Of a DNA stretch of 64,000 nt, positions 57,875 through 64,000 are shown in pieces (position 1 is the stretch's first letter; every line of letters starts with the position of its first letter). Below the pieces are notes generated by a model. It was not told the DNA's origin and did no database searches. It saw only the letters and a list, made by a program, of their open reading frames with translations. Source of the DNA: Candidatus Saccharimonadia bacterium. Lineage in GTDB: Bacteria > Patescibacteriota > Saccharimonadia > UBA4664. Location of the stretch: contig JBBSBR010000001.1 in assembly GCA_038251135.1 (NCBI GenBank), forward strand, positions 512 to 64,511, read 5' to 3'. The position numbers and the translations under genes are program-made.

Positions 57875-60337
57875 TTGACCAAAGAAAAAATTGTTATCGT
57901 CGGCGGAGTCGCCGGTGGCGCAACGGCAGCCGCCCGGGCCCGACGCCTGAGTGAAACAGCCGAAATTATAATTATCGAAAAAGGGCCGTACATATCGTTT
58001 GCCAACTGCGGTTTACCCTATTATATTGGCGGCATAATCAGCGACAAAGACCGGCTGCTCCTGCAGACTCCGGCTGCTATGCGTAAGCGCTTCGGCATTG
58101 ACGCCCGAACCGGACATGAAGTTACCGCCCTGCATCCCTCCAAGAAAACGGTAACCGTCACCGACCTGGCCAGCGGAAAAACTTACCAGGAAACATACAC
58201 CAAGCTGATCCTGGCCACCGGTGCGATCCCGTTTATACCCCCGATCGCCGGTCTCGAAGACGTCGAACATTACGTGCTGCGGGATATTCCTGATTCGGAC
58301 CGAATTAAAACCTTGGTCGACAGCGGCTTGGCGCACCATGTGCTCATCGTAGGCGCCGGCGCGATCTCGTTAGAGTTGGCAGAGAACCTCATAACAAAAG
58401 GTTCGGCGGTCACTATAGTCGAAGCATCCGGCCACGTGTTACCGCAACTCGACCTGGAAATCGCCCGCATCATGGAAACCGAACTCAGAGCCAAAGGTAT
58501 AACCCTACACTTGGGCGCGTCCCTCCAGTCGGTCGGTTCGGACGGCGGCAGGGTTCTGGCAACTCTGGCGAACGGCGAAACGATCAGCGCCGACACACTG
58601 GTGCTGGTAGCCGGGATCCGACCCAACACGGCTCTGGCGAAAGCCGCACATATCACGCTCGATGAACGAGGTCTCATCGTCACCGATACCCGCCTCCGTA
58701 CCTCGGTAAAGACCATTTTTGCGGTTGGCGACAGCATTGCCATACGCGAGTTAGTCAGCGGCAGCCGCGTCAATATTGCTCTAGCCGGACCGGCCAATAA
58801 GCAAGCCCGCGTGGCGGCCGCCAATGCCTTGGGCGGCGACGAAGCCTATTCGGGCGCGCTCGCGACGGCAATCGTGAGCGCTTTTGGGTTGGCGGCCGCC
58901 TCTACCGGACTCAGCTCATTTCAACTCGAAAAGAACGGTCAGGAATTCAGCCAAACGATTATCCACTCAACTTCCCATGCCGGCTATTATCCGGCGGCGA
59001 TGCCGCTGACCGTGAAGTTGCTCTTCGGCAAAAACGGGGAAATTTTTGGAGCGCAGGCTATCGGCCGGGAGGGCGCCGACAAACGCATCGATGTAATCGC
59101 CACCGCCATGCGGGGCCGCATGGACGTCCATGACTTGGCGCGCCTCGACTTAGCTTACAGTCCGCCCTACTCGAGCGCGAAAGACCCGGTCAACATGGTC
59201 GCCTTTACCGCCGAAAATATTCTCAGCGGCCTCATGAAGCCGTTTTCGCACAGCCAATTGCCATCCTTAACGCCGCAAGACGTCTTACTTGACGTTCGCA
59301 CCCCGGAAGAGTTCGACCTCGGCGCCATCAAGGGTGCCGTGAACATGCCCGTGGACGGTCTGCGCGAAAACCTCCACACTCTGCCCAAATCCAAGAAGCT
59401 GTATGTCTATTGTGCCAGCGGGCAACGGTCATATCTGGCTGGACGCATACTCGCCCAGCGCGGTTTCGACTGCTACAACCTGATTGGCGGATACCACACC
59501 TATAAGGACGTATATCTGCAGGAACCGACTGCCGCCGCTCCGACACAAAGCTCCGAACAGTCGCTGGCAGCCGCACCTATCCAGACTCTGACCGTTCCGA
59601 CGGATTCTGAGATAACCGTTACCCTCGACACCTGTGGCCTGTCCTGTCCCGGTCCCCTGCACAAAGTATTTGAAACCGCGAAAAAACTCAATCCGGGCGA
59701 TACGATCAAGGTTACGGCCACGGATCCGGCTTTTGCCAGCGATATCGTTGCTTGGTGCGACCGCACCGGCAATACCTTGCTGCAGCAGAGTACCGACGAC
59801 GGCATCATTACCGCAATTCTGCGCAAAGGCCCGGCAACGCACGCGATTCATATCGATCACGCCGAGAATAACGCCAAAACCTTCATAATCTTTTCCGATG
59901 ATATCGACAAGGTTATCGCCTCGTTCATACTCGCTAACGGCGGAGTCTCAATGGGCCGAGACGTTACCATGTTTTTCACCTTCTGGGGCTTAAACGTCTT
60001 GCGCAAGCCCGGATCAGTTCCCATACAGAAGGATCCAATTTCTCAAGTATTCGGCTTAATGATGCCCAAGGGCAGCAAGCACCTGCACCTGTCGCAGATG
60101 AATATGGGCGGTATGGGCACCTCGTTGATCCGCTGGCTGATGATCAAAAAGAACATCGGCACGCTTGAGACACTCATCCAGCAGGCTAGGGACGGCGGCG
60201 TTCACATGATCGCCTGCTCCACCAGTATGGACATTATGGGCATCAAAAAAGAGGAGCTCATCGACGGGATCGAAATCGGCGGAGTCGCGTCCTATTATAA
60301 TGCCGCCGAACGGGCTGATACGAATCTGTTTATTTAG
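57875..60337 (+). CDS. Multidomain CoA-disulfide/persulfide reductase with pyridine nucleotide-disulfide oxidoreductase, rhodanese, TusA-like and DsrE-like domains. TTG start.
   Basis: FAD motif IVIVGGVAGG and active Cys SFANCGLPY (CoADR). Rhodanese CASGQRS. TusA CPGP. DsrE-like C-terminus. Confidence 0.8.
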   Translation: MTKEKIVIVGGVAGGATAAARARRLSETAEIIIIEKGPYISFANCGLPYYIGGIISDKDRLLLQTPAAMRKRFGIDARTGHEVTALHPSKKTVTVTDLASGKTYQETYTKLILATGAIPFIPPIAGLEDVEHYVLRDIPDSDRIKTLVDSGLAHHVLIVGAGAISLELAENLITKGSAVTIVEASGHVLPQLDLEIARIMETELRAKGITLHLGASLQSVGSDGGRVLATLANGETISADTLVLVAGIRPNTALAKAAHITLDERGLIVTDTRLRTSVKTIFAVGDSIAIRELVSGSRVNIALAGPANKQARVAAANALGGDEAYSGALATAIVSAFGLAAASTGLSSFQLEKNGQEFSQTIIHSTSHAGYYPAAMPLTVKLLFGKNGEIFGAQAIGREGADKRIDVIATAMRGRMDVHDLARLDLAYSPPYSSAKDPVNMVAFTAENILSGLMKPFSHSQLPSLTPQDVLLDVRTPEEFDLGAIKGAVNMPVDGLRENLHTLPKSKKLYVYCASGQRSYLAGRILAQRGFDCYNLIGGYHTYKDVYLQEPTAAAPTQSSEQSLAAAPIQTLTVPTDSEITVTLDTCGLSCPGPLHKVFETAKKLNPGDTIKVTATDPAFASDIVAWCDRTGNTLLQQSTDDGIITAILRKGPATHAIHIDHAENNAKTFIIFSDDIDKVIASFILANGGVSMGRDVTMFFTFWGLNVLRKPGSVPIQKDPISQVFGLMMPKGSKHLHLSQMNMGGMGTSLIRWLMIKKNIGTLETLIQQARDGGVHMIACSTSMDIMGIKKEELIDGIEIGGVASYYNAAERADTNLFI

Positions 60338-60395
60338 CTACGGCACTCATAGCCGCCCCGGCTCTGCCCGCGTACGGAGAGGTTCATGGCTTTAT

Positions 60396-60743
60396 TCATG
60401 ACGCCGCCTCGATATCTTTGAGGCGAGTCCTTAAGAGTTCCGAGATTATGGATTCCGGGATGGGATGATCGGTCGTAAAATGAATTGAACCTTTCGATAA
60501 TTCAAAGCCGCCCAACTGTTCTGCTAAGACCTCGATGGGATGCGATGTCGGAAAGACGCTCAGATGATTTTTGAATGCGGCAAGCCCAATCAGGTACTGC
60601 TTGTGGTATCTGAAGGCCGGTATGCCGTAACTTATGACCTCCTCGGCCTCGGGGACCGCTTTCCGTACGATCTTCCGCACTCGTTCAAGCCCGGCTTTTT
60701 GCGCGGGCGTTACCTGCTGCAGATAGTCGTCAATTGCCGACAT
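60396..60743 (-). CDS. DUF1801 (YdhG-like) protein.
   Basis: Conserved YGIPAFRY...LIGLAAFKNHLSVFP pattern. Confidence 0.6.
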   Translation of the reverse strand: MSAIDDYLQQVTPAQKAGLERVRKIVRKAVPEAEEVISYGIPAFRYHKQYLIGLAAFKNHLSVFPTSHPIEVLAEQLGGFELSKGSIHFTTDHPIPESIISELLRTRLKDIEAAS

Positions 60744-60811
60744 GATTTTATTTTATCAAAAGACCAGATCACGAAAGAAGTCTCTAAAACACCGATTGGC
60801 GGAGTTACCGA

Positions 60812-61201
60812 TTAAGGTTCTCGCAAACTGCGCACAGTTATTTCCTGCAGAGCCCATGAATTGCCGTCCGGGTCGGCAAAATATACATATTTCACGCCTC
60901 CCATATCATTGATTTCACTTAATTCGACACCCCTGTCCGATAACATCTGTCGGGCTTTAGCCACATCCTCCACTACCAGGTGCAGGTTCTTGACTGAGCC
61001 CGGCTCGACTTCGCCATTCCCCATTCCGGTACCGAAAACTATTGAACATGCCGAACCGGGCGGAGTCAGTTGGATAACCCGCATGCCGTTGCCCGGCTGC
61101 ACGTCATGATCCAAATGAAAGCCGACTTTTTCCACATAAAAAGCCAAACTTCGTTCCGGATCGGCTACGGGCAGTGGCACCAGTTCAAGTTTCATGTCCA
61201 T
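60812..61201 (-). CDS. VOC-family (glyoxalase/bleomycin-resistance-like) protein.
   Basis: Beta-alpha-beta-beta-beta glyoxalase pattern. FADPDGNSWAL C-terminal motif. Confidence 0.7.
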   Translation of the reverse strand: MDMKLELVPLPVADPERSLAFYVEKVGFHLDHDVQPGNGMRVIQLTPPGSACSIVFGTGMGNGEVEPGSVKNLHLVVEDVAKARQMLSDRGVELSEINDMGGVKYVYFADPDGNSWALQEITVRSLREP

Positions 61202-61408
61202 AGTCAGATATTCCCCTCTAGGTTTATAGCATTTTCGAGCTAGCTTCTATGATAACAAAATAATCCGTGGACCCTCTTTGAAATATGTATCATGCGCGGT
61301 ATCTCGACTGTAATTAGAAAACGTAGGCCGCACATTAGTAAATTGTAGGTTTGGCTATAATAATTACCAAGTAAGTCCAGTTAACTGAAGATGTAATAAG
61401 GAGATTCC

Positions 61409-61741
61409 ATGGCAGAGAACATTAAACTACTCGTCTACCCCGCCAAGGATTTGAATGCTGGAAAGGCATTTTTTAATACTTTACTTGGTGTCCAGCCATA
61501 CGTAGACGGCGACTATTACGTAGGATATACAGCAGATAACCTGGAAATTGGTCTGGATCCAAACGGACAGGCACTAATTGCCTATATCGACGTCCGAGAT
61601 ATTCAATCGAGTCTGCAAACCTTATTGGACGCCGGTGCCAGCACCTACCAAGACGTCAAAGACGTGGGCGGCGGCATGTTGATTGCTCAAGTCAAAGATG
61701 CGAATGGTAATGTTTTAGGCCTAAGGCAAAAAGCAAAATAA
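61409..61741 (+). CDS. VOC-family (glyoxalase-like) protein.
   Basis: AAGGAG ribosome-binding site. VKDANGNVLGL C-terminal VOC motif. Confidence 0.6.
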   Translation: MAENIKLLVYPAKDLNAGKAFFNTLLGVQPYVDGDYYVGYTADNLEIGLDPNGQALIAYIDVRDIQSSLQTLLDAGASTYQDVKDVGGGMLIAQVKDANGNVLGLRQKAK

Positions 61742-61829
61742 ACACCGTTCGGATATCACGCAATTATGTATTGTCGATTCGCAACCGGCACTCATACGCC
61801 TCCGATCTTCCCACCCAAGGGACCGGCTC

Positions 61830-62228
61830 CTAGCCTTTAGCCCGGTTATAGCTTATGGCGGCACTAACGAGCGCCTTCAGCGAACCTTCCGCTATGTTAT
61901 CACCTTCGGAACAATCGATAGCCCGCCACTTGCTGCCCGTCAGACCGGCGTTGAAGAGCTGGTCGGGATCACTGAGCGCTGCGCCGTCCTGGAAGACGAG
62001 TTTCACGCGATGCTTGAAGATATTTCCAACACAGATAATTCCGTTGAGCGACCAGACGGGCGATCCCATCCATTTCCACTCCTCAATGATCTCGGGATCG
62101 GCTTCGAGGATAGTCCTACGGAGCTTCGCCAGCATGGCACCGCGCCAGTCTTGATTCTGTGCGATCAGATTGTCGATTTTTTCACTGGGAGTCATGGTAT
62201 CTTCGCTCATTTTGCTCGCCCCAATCAT
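61830..62228 (-). CDS. DUF1801 (YdeI/YdhG-like) protein.
   Basis: AKLRRTILEADPEIIEEWKWMGSPVWS pattern. Confidence 0.5.
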   Translation of the reverse strand: MIGASKMSEDTMTPSEKIDNLIAQNQDWRGAMLAKLRRTILEADPEIIEEWKWMGSPVWSLNGIICVGNIFKHRVKLVFQDGAALSDPDQLFNAGLTGSKWRAIDCSEGDNIAEGSLKALVSAAISYNRAKG

Positions 62229-62346
62229 ATGCTTGAGCCAATTATACGCTAAGTGATGAATTATACCTCTGCTTAAGTAAAAATAGTTTCTTTTACGACT
62301 GCTAATTATGAATGGAGAACCATCAGCTTAATTATTGCCCAGTGTT

Positions 62347-62988
62347 TCAGCTGGCAAGTTGAGCAAAACTTCCCCAAGTAGCTTCTAGTTTTGCCAGCGT
62401 AAGGTGCTTATTCATTTCCTCGCCATAATACCCCCTCAGATTATCCGGAAGTTGCTCTAGATACGACCACGATTTTAACCAGCGTTCAGTACGGATACTG
62501 CGCGCTACGTCGGCTTTTGTAAAGGTAATCTCACCAAAGTCGATTAATATCACGTTGCCTCGAGTATCAAGCCCATTATTAACCGTCAGATTGAATACTT
62601 TTTCGCAAAAACCATAACCCCAATGAAAGATAACCAGCCCAATATAGGCATCAATAAGTGTCTTGCCCTGCTCGATATCCACAGAGTTAAAAATCTTGTT
62701 GAGTGTTTTTACTTTATCCTGAGTATAGACAGCGCTCTCCGCGAATATTGGATGGCCGAGGCTCGCTGAGAGTTCGGGGCGTTCAGTGATAAGTTGGTTA
62801 ATGCGACGCGCAGATCGAATTGCGGTTTTCGGGTGGTTCGCCGTCAATTTATTAGCAGGCATTTTGCCCGGTTCATACCAGCGTCTTATCACTTCGAGTG
62901 TTTCATCTTGAGACAGGGGCTTTTTGACTACCCGGCCGTCACCCGTATCGTAGACTCTGTACTGCGCTCCTTGACCGATTAATTTCAT
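62347..62988 (-). CDS. Protein-kinase-like fold protein (YrbL/PhoP-network or small-molecule kinase-like). This is uncertain.
   Basis: Gly-rich loop LIGQGAQYRVYD followed by VVKKP (Lys). DFG-like DFG. Confidence 0.35.
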   Translation of the reverse strand: MKLIGQGAQYRVYDTGDGRVVKKPLSQDETLEVIRRWYEPGKMPANKLTANHPKTAIRSARRINQLITERPELSASLGHPIFAESAVYTQDKVKTLNKIFNSVDIEQGKTLIDAYIGLVIFHWGYGFCEKVFNLTVNNGLDTRGNVILIDFGEITFTKADVARSIRTERWLKSWSYLEQLPDNLRGYYGEEMNKHLTLAKLEATWGSFAQLAS

Positions 62989-63110
62989 AGCATAATCATA
63001 ACAAACCCAACACTCTCCCGAAGAAGTCGTTAAGCATAATAGTCATGAAAGTCCATAACGAAAGTAATCGTAACTAAACTACTGTCAGTATTTTAAGCAT
63101 ACGCAAACGT

Positions 63111-63440
63111 TTATTTGCTGAGTTTTTTCGCAATGTCATTGTTCAGATCTTCGCGCCATTTATCAGCGTATGTCTTTGCGCCCTCGATCAGCTCATCACA
63201 AAACGCTGCCACGTCATCGCCGGTAATTTCGAGCGCGTTTCTGCCGTTTGCCGCGCCCTCTTCAAAGAGATCAAGCAAACCCTTGAAGACGTCCATCGAA
63301 TCCTGACCCGAAGCCTTCCACATGTAAGGCTTTATTTCGTCGTAAACTATTTGATAATCTTTCGGCAGAGCTTTGGCCCGCGCTTCCATCGCATTCCACT
63401 CTTTTTTATCACCAATGATTTTCTTTATAAAGTCACTCAT
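63111..63440 (-). CDS. DUF1048 protein (PadR-associated).
   Basis: Helical protein. Overlaps the PadR stop by 8 nt, the typical PadR-DUF1048 operon arrangement. Confidence 0.55.
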   Translation of the reverse strand: MSDFIKKIIGDKKEWNAMEARAKALPKDYQIVYDEIKPYMWKASGQDSMDVFKGLLDLFEEGAANGRNALEITGDDVAAFCDELIEGAKTYADKWREDLNNDIAKKLSK

Positions 63441-63762
63441 TCTCAGCCTCCTTTAATTCGTTAATCTTTGACGACACGAAGTCCCACTTAGCCCAAAAGT
63501 GCTGGAGTTCCTCGCGACCCGCTTCCGTAAGCGTATAAAACTTACGAGGAGGTCCCAGATCGGACGGTTTTTTCTCAATGCTGACGAGATCGTTCTTTTC
63601 GAGCCGCACCAATATCGTGTAAACCGTACCTTCTACCACATCAGTAAAACCGAGTTTGCGCAGTTGCTGGGTAATTTCGTAACCGTAGGTTTTATTGCGC
63701 CCGATGATTTCCAGCACGCAACCCTCGAGCGAGCCTTTTAGCATTTCTGTGATGTTTTCCAT
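63433..63762 (-). CDS. PadR-family transcriptional regulator. Likely start is MENITEML. The ORF track extends it to 63846.
   Basis: LKGSLEGCVLEIIGRNKTYGYEI winged-helix signature. Confidence 0.75.
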   Translation of the reverse strand: MENITEMLKGSLEGCVLEIIGRNKTYGYEITQQLRKLGFTDVVEGTVYTILVRLEKNDLVSIEKKPSDLGPPRKFYTLTEAGREELQHFWAKWDFVSSKINELKEAENE

Positions 63763-64000
63763 GCAATCTCTCCTTTCTGCAATCATTGGGTATATAGGAT
63801 TACTTACTACCACTACATAGTAACACGCACTAGTAAAATAGGTCAACCGGTCTGTGATATATAGCCTGGATTATCAATGTATATGCCGGCAGCGACTGCT
63901 TCGTAAGAATTCGTAGTTAGTAGATCTGACATTGTTGCTTTGCGACCTTCACTAATTCGTGCGCGGATTCACTCCGCCGACTCATGACTTGCATACTTCG

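Noticed and set aside
58270-58824. 184-aa minus-strand ORF.
   Set aside because: Antisense to the CoADR fusion gene.
1-64000. CRISPR arrays, rRNA genes, transposases, integrases and phage genes.
   Set aside because: No regularly spaced direct repeats, no rRNA-like sequence, and no ORF with transposase or integrase motifs anywhere in the window.

Overview
The window is a gene-dense, mostly minus-strand chromosomal segment from a monoderm-type bacterium (LysM-CHAP hydrolase, RpfB/YabE-like protein, MprF-like, PadR/DUF1048, flavinylation cluster). Backbone GC is about 58-60%. It carries housekeeping genes: obg (cut at the window edge), mltG, ruvX, ftsA, alaS, mnmA, a cysteine desulfurase, tatD, metG, ksgA, uvrD/pcrA, tpiA, pgk, pyk, folD and one tRNA-Glu. 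It also carries three two-component elements, an ABC-2 exporter, a Fur-family-controlled persulfide/sulfurtransferase operon, and an FMN-binding/ApbE/ferric-reductase cluster. There is no CRISPR array, no rRNA, and no transposase or integrase.

The features worth a second look are:
- a roughly 50-bp palindromic repeat found once between ksgA and the RpfB-like gene and once inserted in-frame inside uvrD;
- a lower-GC block (about 39.1-44.3 kb) holding a 7TM-GAF histidine kinase, a receiver, and a translationally coupled E1-like (ThiF) gene plus a LuxI/FeeM-like N-acyltransferase, with a divergent acyltransferase;
- a MYG1-family hydrolase gene broken by two compensating frameshifts;
- a perfect 25-bp palindrome in front of the Fur-family regulator, and other candidate operators;
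- a lower-GC Firmicute-like block at the 3' end (from about 60.35 kb).
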